Source of the DNA: a virus
IMG/VR virus record: IMGVR_UViG_3300027734_000038
Strand: one strand, 5' to 3'
Length of the DNA: 64,000 nt
Every line of letters starts with the position of its first letter. Position 1 is the stretch's first letter. The notes under the pieces were generated by a model that was not told where the DNA came from, did not search any database, and saw only the letters and a list, made by a program, of their open reading frames with translations. The position numbers were made by a program, and so were the translations under genes. This document shows, one piece after another, positions 27,073 to 37,381 of the stretch.

Positions 27073-28263
27073 ATGTTATCATTTAAGTCATTCTTAACGG
27101 AGGAATCTGAACAAGGTTCTGAACTTAAACATATTCATCATGCGGAAGATAGGCCTTTGATGCACGGCCACGCAGGTTTTGAACACGCCCATGCAGCTTT
27201 GATGAAAGCTCATGCACACATGACTGGTGGTCATAAGAATACCAATTTAACGATGAAATATGATGGTTCTCCATCAATCGTTTTTGGTCATCACCCCAAA
27301 AATGGTAAATTCTTTGTTGCAACCAAATCTGCTTTTAATAAGAATCCAAAGATTAACCATACAGAAAAAGATATTGACAAGAATCATGGTCATGCTCCTG
27401 GTTTAGCAAAAACACTCAAACACGCATTAAAACATTTACCAAAAGTAACACCAAAAGAAGGTGTATTCCAAGGTGACCTAATGCATCATGCTGATACAAA
27501 GCATTTACATGAAGGTTATATTGTAGAAGCGAAAGGTGATGTTTCTTTTACTCCAAATACAATCACTTATACTGCCAAAGGTAAAGAAGCAGAAAAAATA
27601 AAACGCTCTAAGGTTGGTGTGGTGGTTCACCACCAGTATAGTAATGATATGAAACACGCTTCACCTCATGTAGATACGTCAAAGTTTAAAGAACATCCAG
27701 ATGTTCATATTCACGGTGCAGAACATGATACAAGTAAAGTAAAACATTCTGCTGAGAATGAGAAACACTTTCAAAAACACATGGCTGCAGCTAAAGAAAT
27801 CCACGACACTCATGGTCACAAGATGTATGATGCGATTCATCCAAAACATGGCGGAGAAACTGGCCACCTGTCAACCTACATAAACAAGACAGTAAGACAT
27901 GACGAAGTGCCAAGTGTTAAAGGCTTTAAAGAACATTTACACGACATTCATGCAAAACAGGCTGCCAAAGTAAAAACTGAGAAATCCAAGTCTGAAAAGA
28001 CCAAAGAAGGTGCCTCACAGATTGCTCATGTTGAAAAACACAAAGCACATTATGGTAATTTGTTTGCTATGCATCACCATTTACATCAAGCTAAAAATGC
28101 TTTGGTTAAATCACTAGAAACACATGAAGGACATTACCAACATCACATTGAAGGTAAGAAGTCTAAACCTGAAGGTTTTGTAGTTCACCACGATAATCAA
28201 CCAACCAAATTGGTTAATCGTGCTGAGTTTGCTAAACAAAATTTATTAAAAGTTAGAAAATGA
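27073..28263 (+). CDS. His-rich DUF6267-like protein with ligase-type KxDG motif
   Basis: HIHHAED, TMKYDGSPS, FFVATKS.FN, QGDLM, PEGFV, KLVNR.EF; N-terminus MLSFKSFLTE. Confidence 0.65.
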   Translation: MLSFKSFLTEESEQGSELKHIHHAEDRPLMHGHAGFEHAHAALMKAHAHMTGGHKNTNLTMKYDGSPSIVFGHHPKNGKFFVATKSAFNKNPKINHTEKDIDKNHGHAPGLAKTLKHALKHLPKVTPKEGVFQGDLMHHADTKHLHEGYIVEAKGDVSFTPNTITYTAKGKEAEKIKRSKVGVVVHHQYSNDMKHASPHVDTSKFKEHPDVHIHGAEHDTSKVKHSAENEKHFQKHMAAAKEIHDTHGHKMYDAIHPKHGGETGHLSTYINKTVRHDEVPSVKGFKEHLHDIHAKQAAKVKTEKSKSEKTKEGASQIAHVEKHKAHYGNLFAMHHHLHQAKNALVKSLETHEGHYQHHIEGKKSKPEGFVVHHDNQPTKLVNRAEFAKQNLLKVRK

Positions 28264-30053
28264 AATCGTTTTTAGAACTAGTCGAAGAAACAAAACAAGG
28301 TGAAAAACACCATGTGATGACCTTTGGTCGCATGAATCCTCCAACCACAGGTCATTTGAAGTTAATTGACAAGGTTAAGGAAGTAGCAGCTAAACACAAT
28401 GCCTCACATTCTGTTGTAACTTCACACTCCCAAGATTCTAAGAAGAATCCATTATCAGCTGAACAGAAAATTAAACACCTTAAAAGGTATTCTCCAGGTA
28501 CACACTTTGAGGCATCTTCCAAAGAACATCCAACATTCCTACATCATGCAGCCGAATTACATAAGAAAGGTGTAACACATCTTCATATGGTTGCTGGTTC
28601 TGACCGTGTTGATGAGTATAAAAAGAAATTACACCAATACAATGGTACACACAAAGGTGCGTTGTACCATTTCAAAAAGATTACTGTCCATTCAGCAGGT
28701 CAAAGAGATCCTGATGCCGAAGGTTCAACTGGTATGTCTGGTACCAAAATGCGAGCTCATGCCGCTTCTGGTAATGCAAAAGAATTCAAAAAAGGTGTGC
28801 CAGAACACGTTTCAGATAAACACGCAAAAGAACTTATGCATGATACCCGTAAGGGTATGGGGTTACATGAAAACTTTAATCGTGGTCTATTCAAAGCCAT
28901 CTTTGTAACCGGTGGACCTGGTTCTGGCAAAGATATCATTATCCGTGAATCAATACCAGAAGCTCGTGCCGTGGAACTTAACGCCAATCAAGCCTATGAT
29001 TACCTTGCTGATAAACAAAAACTATCTGAAAAAACCAGTGATTTCCGCAGAGAAGCCATTCGGAATCGTGGTCCTTTAATTATCAACGGACCAGCAGATA
29101 GTATTGACAAAATCAACTATATCAAAGAGGAATTAGAAGATTTAGGTTATTCCAGTATGATGATATTTGTGAATACCACAAATGAAGTAAGTCAAGAAAG
29201 AAATACTAAACTGTCCCGTATGATGGTCGAATCCATTCGATACGACAAATGGACACAAGCTCAGAAAAATAAAAATCTCTTTGCCGAATCTTTTGACAAT
29301 TTCGTGCAGATAGACAATACGGGCTCACTTGAATCCATTGAGGAAGATATAACTCAAACTTACCTAAATATTCATAACTTCATTGAAGGTAGGACCTATG
29401 GAGATGTGTCTTTGTCGTGGTTAGAAAAGCACGGTAAGTTAAATAAAAGTGATAATTTAATTAAGGAAGAAAAAAATGTTCAAAGCGCTAGTAAATTTAC
29501 TAAAATTAAAACCAATCCAGAACTCAAAGCCCCTGGACTCGACAGCATCCCAGCCGACAACAGACCAAACGACTCCAACGGAGATGACATCAAGTGGAAC
29601 TCCAACAGTAAGCGAAAAACCTTCATCTTCCGCACCTACAGCGAAGCCCAAGAACCAACGCTCACCGTCAACCCGCAGCCGAAAGAAACCAACTTCTCCA
29701 AAGACAAAGAGCAAGTAAAGAAGAAACGAATAGTAGATGCTCCAACCGTAAGTCAAAGACTACGGAACACCGCAGGTGTGGGGCCAGAATTTGATACACG
29801 CCAACAAGGAACAGTATATCCTATGTCAGGTCTAGGCGATGTAACATACAGAGAACAAAAAGAATTTAGTAGTTTTAGAAAAACAATTAAAGAATATAAT
29901 GGTTTTCAAAATGACATTTCTATACCTGACATGGGTGTAGGTGGAACTTTGAATGGCGCTACTAATTTTGAACCAATGCAATCATATAAAGATGCAAATA
30001 GAAATATTGGCACCCAAATAAAAATTAAAAAGAAAAAGAAACAGGAGAAATAA
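28260..30053 (+). CDS. Cytidylyltransferase-like domain fused to a P-loop kinase
   Basis: FGRMNPPTTGH, GSDR, SAG.RDPD, MS.TKMR; then GGPGSGKD. Confidence 0.8.
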   Translation: MKSFLELVEETKQGEKHHVMTFGRMNPPTTGHLKLIDKVKEVAAKHNASHSVVTSHSQDSKKNPLSAEQKIKHLKRYSPGTHFEASSKEHPTFLHHAAELHKKGVTHLHMVAGSDRVDEYKKKLHQYNGTHKGALYHFKKITVHSAGQRDPDAEGSTGMSGTKMRAHAASGNAKEFKKGVPEHVSDKHAKELMHDTRKGMGLHENFNRGLFKAIFVTGGPGSGKDIIIRESIPEARAVELNANQAYDYLADKQKLSEKTSDFRREAIRNRGPLIINGPADSIDKINYIKEELEDLGYSSMMIFVNTTNEVSQERNTKLSRMMVESIRYDKWTQAQKNKNLFAESFDNFVQIDNTGSLESIEEDITQTYLNIHNFIEGRTYGDVSLSWLEKHGKLNKSDNLIKEEKNVQSASKFTKIKTNPELKAPGLDSIPADNRPNDSNGDDIKWNSNSKRKTFIFRTYSEAQEPTLTVNPQPKETNFSKDKEQVKKKRIVDAPTVSQRLRNTAGVGPEFDTRQQGTVYPMSGLGDVTYREQKEFSSFRKTIKEYNGFQNDISIPDMGVGGTLNGATNFEPMQSYKDANRNIGTQIKIKKKKKQEK

Positions 30054-30054
30054 A

Positions 30055-31296
30055 ATGTTTGTCAATAAACTTAAAATGAATTCAGTTGCTGATGCTGTAA
30101 GTAAAATTACAGATGAAACTATTGCTGAAGCAGAAAAGGTAACCACTTCAACTGGCATGAAAGTTTATGGTTCTTCTTATGGTGATTCGGCCAAAGCACG
30201 CCGTGACCAAGTTAAGAGAGATATCGACACAATTAAAGGTCCTACAACTAAAGAGTTGACTGGTAAAGACAAAAAAGATTACGAGAAAACCAAAAGTAGA
30301 TATGATGAAGCTGCCAAACCAGACTTCTTGGACATGGATAAAGATGGCGACAAGAAAGAGCCAATGAAGAAGGCAGTTGCTGATAAGAAAAAGAACGAAT
30401 CGACTGAATTTAAAGCCAAACTAATTGAAGCTCTTAAAGGCAATCAACATAAGATTGACAAAAATAAAAATAATAAAATTGATTCTCAAGATTTTAAAAT
30501 TCTTCGTGGCCAAAAAAATGTAGCAGAAGATTCATGTGAAGATGAAGCCAAACAAGAAGTAAAAAAGCATGAAAAAAGATTACATGGTAAAGATGGTGAA
30601 GTTTCCAAACACGTAGATAAAATGCACAAAGAAGAAGTTGAGTCAATTGAAGAAAAACACATGACTGACGCTGAAATGGCCAAGCGTGAAAAAATTGTTA
30701 AGTCAATGAAAAAAGGTTTTGCTGGATTTAGACAGCGTTATGGAAAAGATGCAAAATCTGTAATGTATGCCACAGCAACAAAACAGTCAATGAAAGAAGA
30801 TGCTGTTGAAGAAGAAATTGATCCTAAAGTTCGCACCAAAGATACACTAAAAGGTCAAGAACGAACAGCACAATCTGATGATGTTGGTCCTAATTCAAAT
30901 GGTAGATCCACAAAAGTAAAATTTCGTGGAGGTCCAATGAAAGAAGAAGTAAAAAAGTCTGACATTCCAGCTTTCTTGCGTAAGGCTCGTGGTGATAAAC
31001 CATTGACAGTTGCTGATGCAAAAGCTGGAAATAAAGATTCAATTTCTTCAAAAGAAAATTTAGCCAAAGCTCGTGGCGTTCAAGAAGGTAAACAACCTGA
31101 ATCTGATACAGTTCCTTTTGTAACAAATGCGGAACAACCTCCTTTTGATAAACCATACAAAAAAATTAGTGCTTCAGTAACAGATAAATCTGGTGCAAAA
31201 CACACACCAATGTCCCGTGCTAAAGATTTGGCTCGTTCAGCTATGAAAAGAATTAAAACAGAGATGTTAGGTAAAGCTCCAGGAAATAACGGTTAA
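30055..31296 (+). CDS. Lys/Glu-rich modular protein, putative internal virion protein
   Basis: Short basic modules separated by acidic xxE linkers. Confidence 0.6.
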   Translation: MFVNKLKMNSVADAVSKITDETIAEAEKVTTSTGMKVYGSSYGDSAKARRDQVKRDIDTIKGPTTKELTGKDKKDYEKTKSRYDEAAKPDFLDMDKDGDKKEPMKKAVADKKKNESTEFKAKLIEALKGNQHKIDKNKNNKIDSQDFKILRGQKNVAEDSCEDEAKQEVKKHEKRLHGKDGEVSKHVDKMHKEEVESIEEKHMTDAEMAKREKIVKSMKKGFAGFRQRYGKDAKSVMYATATKQSMKEDAVEEEIDPKVRTKDTLKGQERTAQSDDVGPNSNGRSTKVKFRGGPMKEEVKKSDIPAFLRKARGDKPLTVADAKAGNKDSISSKENLAKARGVQEGKQPESDTVPFVTNAEQPPFDKPYKKISASVTDKSGAKHTPMSRAKDLARSAMKRIKTEMLGKAPGNNG

Positions 31297-31305
31297 GGTA
31301 AAAAC

Positions 31306-33273
31306 ATGGATGCAAAAAAATTAAAAATGATTGTTAAGGGTGAAAAGAAACCCACCTTTGGTACAGACCCTAATGAACCATGGTCTGTTCGTGCAGGTAT
31401 CACCGAAAGTCAAAAAGGTGAACTACACGATTATCTTAAATCTCGTGGTATTAATCCAGATTTCGTCAGCAAAGACACAAAAATATCTCATGCAAAATCT
31501 TCTGAGTTTCATAAATGGAGGCGTGACCACCAGTTTGATGATCCAATTAACTATGTTTCAACTACTGTTGCCGACAAAATGAAAACACAACGGGCACAAA
31601 CAGAAGAAGTTGAGCCTATCGATGAAAAAAATGTACCAACAAGTCCAGAAAAATGGGCTCGTGCCAAGGCTGCGGCTAAATCCAAATTTGCAGTATATCC
31701 ATCCGCATATGCAAATGGTTGGGCATCTAAGAAATATAAAGCAATGGGTGGTGGATGGAAATCGGTATCTGAAAAAACGGAACAATCTGATGAATTGACA
31801 TCAGAGGCATGGGACAATAGTGCAACTAAAATTAAAAAAAGTTTGAGTGCCGGTACATATAATACCAAACCAACCGCATTAGAAAGATTTCGTGCAGCTG
31901 CAGCAGTCCGAGCAAAGAAACACGATGAGATTGAGAAGAACCAATCTAAAGATGGTTCTGATATGACATCTGCTATTGACCGTTTAGAGAAACATTTAAA
32001 CAAAGAAGAAACTGTCAATGAAGTTTCTGATTCAGAAGTTCAACATCACTTTGATAATTGGACAAATTCCGACCACGCTCCTTATAATAGTGATGCTGGA
32101 GATGATAATAAAGTTCACCAGTCAGCTTTAAGATATTTGAGAGGTACCAATGTGCCAAAAGAAAAGCATGAAAAGTTGGCCATGCACATTGCTCACAAAT
32201 ATCATGGAAGTGGTATTGATGAAGCATCTGGTATTAGTAAAGCTAAAGAAACTTCATTTCATAAAAACTTAGATACTCTTGTTCATAAGACTTTTGGTAA
32301 AAGAAAAGATGAACTGAAAATGAAAGAGGAAGTTGTTACTGAAAAAAATGATTCTCATACACACGCTGCACATTACGAAGATCCAAAAACAGGTGAGTGG
32401 ACAGGAATGAATTTGTTGATTGCAAAAGACGATGAGGATGCAATTCGTCAAGCAAATGAAAAATGTAAAGAAGGTTGCCGCCTAACAAAAGTGGAACGAC
32501 ACATTACTGTTAAAGAAGATGTTGAGATAGAAGAAGGTGAACATCGTCCTGGTCATCCAATGTATAAATCGGATCCTTCATTGTATAAAAAAACTCCAAA
32601 GGGTATAGCAAAAAGCCTTGCAACTCACGGAGCCAAATATTTCTCAAATACAGATAGTGGAAATTACAGAACTACGGATAAAGAAGCACCACGATATAGA
32701 AATGAAGAAGTGGAAGAAATTGATGAACTCAAAAAGACCACAGTATTTTCTTGGTTGAAAAAACAACCAGTTGTACCTGAGAAAAAACCAGGTATGAGTA
32801 GAAAAGACCATAACCAAAAAATTAAAACTCATAATAAGAGTTGGAATAGAGCTCTAGACCGTTTGTCTGGTTACAAACCAACATCAGAAGATGTGTTCCA
32901 AGACACACAAGCTGCAACACAAACTGCTTTTGATATGGGAACTCAAGCTGACGATAGAGAACCAGTTTATTCCAAGAAAAAAGAAATGTCCAAATCAGCT
33001 CGTATAATTAAGTCATTATACAAGAAACACAAGATGGTCAAAGAAGATTTGTATGACCACGAAAAAGAAGATAAATCAGTAGCAAGTTATGGTAAAAAAC
33101 CAAAGATGGACAAACAAGAGGTTTATGGTGATGATGATAATCAAGCCGCTATGGTTTTAAAGGGTGGAACAACATTAACAGGTCAACCAAGAGATACTTT
33201 AGAAATCGATCCTATAATGAGAAAATCAGTAAGACCTGATAATAAAATCAGCAATCAGAAAACAGATAAATAG
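31306..33273 (+). CDS. Modular protein, putative internal virion polyprotein
   Basis: Contains AKSKFAVYPSAYANGW module; repeated IDE/VNE/MKE/VKE linkers. Confidence 0.6.
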   Translation: MDAKKLKMIVKGEKKPTFGTDPNEPWSVRAGITESQKGELHDYLKSRGINPDFVSKDTKISHAKSSEFHKWRRDHQFDDPINYVSTTVADKMKTQRAQTEEVEPIDEKNVPTSPEKWARAKAAAKSKFAVYPSAYANGWASKKYKAMGGGWKSVSEKTEQSDELTSEAWDNSATKIKKSLSAGTYNTKPTALERFRAAAAVRAKKHDEIEKNQSKDGSDMTSAIDRLEKHLNKEETVNEVSDSEVQHHFDNWTNSDHAPYNSDAGDDNKVHQSALRYLRGTNVPKEKHEKLAMHIAHKYHGSGIDEASGISKAKETSFHKNLDTLVHKTFGKRKDELKMKEEVVTEKNDSHTHAAHYEDPKTGEWTGMNLLIAKDDEDAIRQANEKCKEGCRLTKVERHITVKEDVEIEEGEHRPGHPMYKSDPSLYKKTPKGIAKSLATHGAKYFSNTDSGNYRTTDKEAPRYRNEEVEEIDELKKTTVFSWLKKQPVVPEKKPGMSRKDHNQKIKTHNKSWNRALDRLSGYKPTSEDVFQDTQAATQTAFDMGTQADDREPVYSKKKEMSKSARIIKSLYKKHKMVKEDLYDHEKEDKSVASYGKKPKMDKQEVYGDDDNQAAMVLKGGTTLTGQPRDTLEIDPIMRKSVRPDNKISNQKTDK

Positions 33274-33304
33274 TAACACAACCCAAGGTTAAAAGGAGAA
33301 AAAA

Positions 33305-33925
33305 ATGCCATTATGGGGAAATAACGATAGAGCAAACAGCGAACCACTCTTTCCAGAAAATAGAGAAGTTATTCCTGTAGCTACATTAGTAACTGCCAAT
33401 GCGACAGCATTAGGCACCAATGAAATTATATTTACAACCAATCCAACCACATCCGGTATTGCAAACGGAATGTATGTTTATGCAACCGCAAATAACGGAT
33501 TATCTCGTTTCTTTGATACATCTATCATTGACCAACAAGATATTTCCTTTAAACGTGGTAACAATAGCGTTGCAGTAATCAGAACTGGTGCGGCCAACAT
33601 TCGTGTTCAGTTTGCAAACAACACAGTAGCTCCAATCGCCGCTGGTGAAACAATCTACTTTGCTACCGCAATTAATCACGGCACAAATGCAGCTTCACGT
33701 TTTGCTAACGACACAATCTTGGTAACATCCACTCGTTTAGCAAATACTTTGATTGCTGGTGCAAACAACGGTGTTCATACTGGTTGGAATCGTTTTACAT
33801 ACAAAGTAAACAACGATGGTACTAAGCGTCAATTAAGAGAAACTTTAGTTGTTATTGCAGCTCCAACTGCATTGAACGTAAGTTCTGGTAACACAAGCAC
33901 AAACTCTGTGTTCCAAGGTGTTTAA
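33305..33925 (+). CDS. Putative virion structural protein
   Basis: MPLWG start; Asn/Thr/Ala-rich; HTGW..., ETLV; AAGGAG RBS. Confidence 0.55.
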   Translation: MPLWGNNDRANSEPLFPENREVIPVATLVTANATALGTNEIIFTTNPTTSGIANGMYVYATANNGLSRFFDTSIIDQQDISFKRGNNSVAVIRTGAANIRVQFANNTVAPIAAGETIYFATAINHGTNAASRFANDTILVTSTRLANTLIAGANNGVHTGWNRFTYKVNNDGTKRQLRETLVVIAAPTALNVSSGNTSTNSVFQGV

Positions 33926-34386
33926 TGTTGGGATTTAAACAATTTGTTGTAGAAGGAAATGATTTAATAATTCCTACTGCACAGATTATGAAAAGTGGTT
34001 CGAACTTGGCGGACAAGATAACCCGCCAAGAATTGAACCGCAACCTAGCGTTAGCTGTAAGTGGAAATCATATGAATCCATATTCTGCTTGGGTTCGTGC
34101 AAGTAAAGTATTAGTTTTATATGGCATTACTCTCCCAAAAGTAGTATTTCATGATTTAGATGCTGGTGAAGAAATTATTCATATCGACCAATTCGGTGCT
34201 CGCTCGGGTGCCGAATTGAATGGTACAGTAGAGAAGTTGAATAATTTAGATGAAGTTAAACATTATTTTTATTTTTCATATGAAACAGATGATAATGGTT
34301 ATTACGATGTTGAAGCGATGATTTCTGATGAAAATGAATTAGATGATTATCTTTCTTCAGAGGAACCAGACATAGAAGAAGAATGA
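33925..34386 (+). CDS. Hypothetical protein with capsid-targeting-like N-terminus
   Basis: MLGFKQFVVE. Confidence 0.55.
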   Translation: MLGFKQFVVEGNDLIIPTAQIMKSGSNLADKITRQELNRNLALAVSGNHMNPYSAWVRASKVLVLYGITLPKVVFHDLDAGEEIIHIDQFGARSGAELNGTVEKLNNLDEVKHYFYFSYETDDNGYYDVEAMISDENELDDYLSSEEPDIEEE

Positions 34387-34390
34387 CAGA

Positions 34391-34777
34391 ATGATTGATA
34401 ATTTAAATGATGATAATTTTTTGATATATGCAATGAAATGTTATAATTCACCACATTGTATCATGTCTGAATTTGAAAGTGATATTAAACGAACCAAATA
34501 TTTGAAGCGTTTATTTCGTAGATATAAAATTACCAAATCTCTCAAAGAGAGGTTGATATTAAATCATATCATTTTATTGAATAATGTTTTTGGTCCAGAA
34601 CACACGGCAAGAATATTATTTTATAAAATAGACGAGAGAGATTATGATATACTCAAAACTTTCTTGTCATATTTAAATATTGTACCAGAAATGGTTTATG
34701 GAATTAGAGATAAAAACATTTCGATTGTAGAAATACCAATAGACGTTAATGTCGCAGAGATATTGAGGCAAATATGA
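34391..34777 (+). CDS. Conserved T4-like hypothetical protein
   Basis: NFLIYA.K.Y..P, EF..D.KR.KY.KRL, ERLILNHII.L.NVFG. Confidence 0.7.
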   Translation: MIDNLNDDNFLIYAMKCYNSPHCIMSEFESDIKRTKYLKRLFRRYKITKSLKERLILNHIILLNNVFGPEHTARILFYKIDERDYDILKTFLSYLNIVPEMVYGIRDKNISIVEIPIDVNVAEILRQI

Positions 34778-35094
34778 AAACATTTAAACAGTTTGTAACC
34801 GAAGAATACTTAGACGAAAAATCTCCAGCATGGCAACGAGCCGCCGGTAAAGATCCAGAAGGTGGTTTAAATCGTAAAGGTATTGCCTCTTATCGTAGAG
34901 AAAATCCAGGTTCTAAATTATCGATGGCTGTTACAACAAAACCATCTAAACTAAAACCAGGTTCTAAATCAGCCAATCGTAGAAAATCATTTTGTGCTAG
35001 AATGGGTGGCATGAAGAAACGATTAACATCCGCTAAGACAGCAAATGATCCGGATAGCCGCATCAACAAAGCTTTAAGAAAGTGGAATTGCTGA
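34774..35094 (+). CDS. Small basic protein (DUF6321-like)
   Basis: MKTFKQFVTE; AWQR..GK.P.GGLN.KG, RRKSFCARM, ALRKWNC. Confidence 0.65.
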   Translation: MKTFKQFVTEEYLDEKSPAWQRAAGKDPEGGLNRKGIASYRRENPGSKLSMAVTTKPSKLKPGSKSANRRKSFCARMGGMKKRLTSAKTANDPDSRINKALRKWNC

Positions 35095-35702
35095 TGAAAT
35101 CATTTAAACAATATCTTGGTGAAGATTTACGCCAATGGTTTAAACAGAAGTGGGTTCGTATGGACACCAAAGGTAATATTAAAGGTGACTGTGCAAGAGA
35201 ACCGGGTGAAGGCAAACCAAAGTGTTTACCTCAAGCAAAAGCTCATGCAATTGGTAAAGAAGCTCGTGCTAGTGCTGCTCAAAGAAAGCGTAGAGAAGAT
35301 CCAAATCCAGAACGCCGTGGTGCACCAATCAATGTAAAGACCGAAGAAACTTTCCTTGAGAAGTGGTCACAAAAATACAAAAAAAGTATTAACTGTAATA
35401 ATCCTAAAGGATTTTCTCAAAAGGCACATTGTCAAGGTCGAGAAAAAAATGAAGAAGTTGATGAAGCCTGTTGGGATGGATACACAGCAAAAGGTATGAA
35501 GAAAAAAGGCAACCGTATGGTACCTAATTGTGTCAAAGAAGATGGTGCGATGGGTGGTTCTGCTGGTCCAACGAATGTGGTTAGTAGCGGTGCAATTGCT
35601 GGTACAGGACGACCCAATGGTGGAGAACCAGGTGTTTATTTACCCCGTAGAAAGAAAAGTCCTGTTATGATGTCTATCAGGAGAAAATCTCCAAAGGCTT
35701 AA
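35094..35702 (+). CDS. Multi-module basic protein (DUF5872-like first module)
   Basis: MKSFKQYLGE; LRQWF.QKWV; KWSQKYKKSINCNNPKGFSQKAHC; CWDGY....G.KKKG..VPNC. Confidence 0.6.
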   Translation: MKSFKQYLGEDLRQWFKQKWVRMDTKGNIKGDCAREPGEGKPKCLPQAKAHAIGKEARASAAQRKRREDPNPERRGAPINVKTEETFLEKWSQKYKKSINCNNPKGFSQKAHCQGREKNEEVDEACWDGYTAKGMKKKGNRMVPNCVKEDGAMGGSAGPTNVVSSGAIAGTGRPNGGEPGVYLPRRKKSPVMMSIRRKSPKA

Positions 35703-35703
35703 T

Positions 35704-36201
35704 ATGTGGTTTTTATCATTCATACCTGATTTGATTTTACAATGGGCAATACATGGTCTAGTCATTCTTGGACTTGTATTAACATTTATAGGATCACTTG
35801 TTAGATTTATACCTGTTATTCAACCATATGCTTTGATTGGTAGACAGTTAGGTATAGTGTTGTTGATAGTTGGTGTATTCTTTGAAGGAGGATATGCAAC
35901 TGAAATGTCGTATCGTGCTAGAATAGCCGAAATGCAAGCAAAAATTAAAGAAGCAGAAATTAAGTCTGCTAAAGTTAATCAAAAATTAACAAATGAATTA
36001 GATAAAAAAAGAAGTGAAATTAAAGATAGGGTGAAAAACAATGCAAAAGATATTCAAGCGCAACGGCAAAATATTGATGCTGAGTGCCGTCTGTCTGATA
36101 CTGCTTGGATGCTCTACAACCGTTCCATTGACTCAAAAGTTTCCACAGGCACCACAAGTCTTGATGGAACCACCACCAAGTCTAAAACAACTCCCCGATA
36201 A
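35704..36201 (+). CDS. Inner-membrane spanin (Rz-like)
   Basis: N-terminal TMs plus coiled coil with a late Cys; overlapped by a lipoprotein gene. Confidence 0.65.
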   Translation: MWFLSFIPDLILQWAIHGLVILGLVLTFIGSLVRFIPVIQPYALIGRQLGIVLLIVGVFFEGGYATEMSYRARIAEMQAKIKEAEIKSAKVNQKLTNELDKKRSEIKDRVKNNAKDIQAQRQNIDAECRLSDTAWMLYNRSIDSKVSTGTTSLDGTTTKSKTTPR

Positions 36202-36334
36202 TAAAAAAACACTAACAGATTTGTTAGACAATGCCAATGAAAATTATGGCATTTATTTTGACGTTCTGGAAAGATATAAATCTTGGCAAGAGTGGTATAT
36301 TCAACAAAAACAAATTTACGAAAGTGTGAAATGA
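36041..36334 (+). CDS. Outer-membrane spanin lipoprotein (Rz1-like)
   Basis: Lipobox LLGC, Pro-rich segment; overlaps the i-spanin in another frame. Confidence 0.65.
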   Translation: MQKIFKRNGKILMLSAVCLILLGCSTTVPLTQKFPQAPQVLMEPPPSLKQLPDNKKTLTDLLDNANENYGIYFDVLERYKSWQEWYIQQKQIYESVK

Positions 36335-36768
36335 AAAAACTATTAATTGCATTAATGTTGATTACTTCAACAACAGTATTTGCACAGAAACAAAAAGAAG
36401 GCGTAACCTATAATGCAACCATCACCAGAGTTATTGATGGCGATACTGTTGCATTTCAAGCATTATGGTTACCAGATCCATTGAAGAAAGAATTGTCAAT
36501 TCGTGTATTTGGTGTAGATACACCAGAAAAAGGATTCAGAGCACAATGTCCATCAGAAGATGCTCGTGGGCAAGCAGCAACGGCATTTACCAAGAGTTTG
36601 ATTAATGGTGCCACTACACGACAGGTTGTATTGATGGATTGGGACAAATATGGTGGTCGAGTATTGGGTGATGTATTGTTAGATGGTAAATCATTACGCA
36701 GTATGTTGATACAACAAGGTTATGCAAGAGAATATTATGGTGAAGCTAAAACAAGCTGGTGTAACTAA
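36331..36768 (+). CDS. Secreted thermonuclease (SNase family)
   Basis: Signal peptide; VIDGDT, IRVFGVDTPE, DKYGGRVLG. Confidence 0.9.
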   Translation: MKKLLIALMLITSTTVFAQKQKEGVTYNATITRVIDGDTVAFQALWLPDPLKKELSIRVFGVDTPEKGFRAQCPSEDARGQAATAFTKSLINGATTRQVVLMDWDKYGGRVLGDVLLDGKSLRSMLIQQGYAREYYGEAKTSWCN

Positions 36769-36769
36769 T

Positions 36770-37177
36770 ATGAAAAAACAACTTTTAATTTGTATTTGTG
36801 CTTTACAACTTTCTGGATGTGCATTGTTTGATGCTTACTTTATGGCCAAATATGATACAACAGAATATTCATTGGTAAATCAAATTAAAACTAAAGCACA
36901 AGTGGCTGAAGAAAATTGTGCTAATCATATTTTAGTTATTACACAGGTAAATGACCTGTATAATAGTGCTTTAGAGTTCAAAAATTTCACAGTATATATT
37001 CCTCGAAATGAAGATGCTGCGAAATTATCTGCCAAATTATTTACTTTAACCAAAGATGCAAGAGATTACTTCAATAAAGCTGATAAAATATCACCTATTT
37101 TTTGTAAAGTAAAACTACAACAAATTGAAAAATCTGCTGAAACCATTCAACAAGCACTAGGGAGTAAACCAAGATGA
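36770..37177 (+). CDS. Lipoprotein
   Basis: MKK + hydrophobic stretch + LSGC lipobox. Confidence 0.7.
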   Translation: MKKQLLICICALQLSGCALFDAYFMAKYDTTEYSLVNQIKTKAQVAEENCANHILVITQVNDLYNSALEFKNFTVYIPRNEDAAKLSAKLFTLTKDARDYFNKADKISPIFCKVKLQQIEKSAETIQQALGSKPR

Positions 37178-37380
37178 ACCCACAAGAACTACAAAACTTA
37201 TGTGACCAGTATAAAGCCATGGTGGACGCTGGAAGTATCACTAAGGAAGAGTATCTCCAACTACTTTTAGGTATAAATATCATGGAGGGAATTAACGAGG
37301 ATGCAGAAGGCCTCCAGTTAAAAGAAACCTTGAATACTATTTTAAACGCTGCCGTAGCGGCCGCATCATTAATGGCTTAA
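37174..37380 (+). CDS. Hypothetical protein
   Basis: 68-aa coupled ORF; contains internal TATAAATA at 37272-37279 upstream of the endolysin. Confidence 0.55.
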   Translation: MNPQELQNLCDQYKAMVDAGSITKEEYLQLLLGINIMEGINEDAEGLQLKETLNTILNAAVAAASLMA

Positions 37381-37381
37381 A

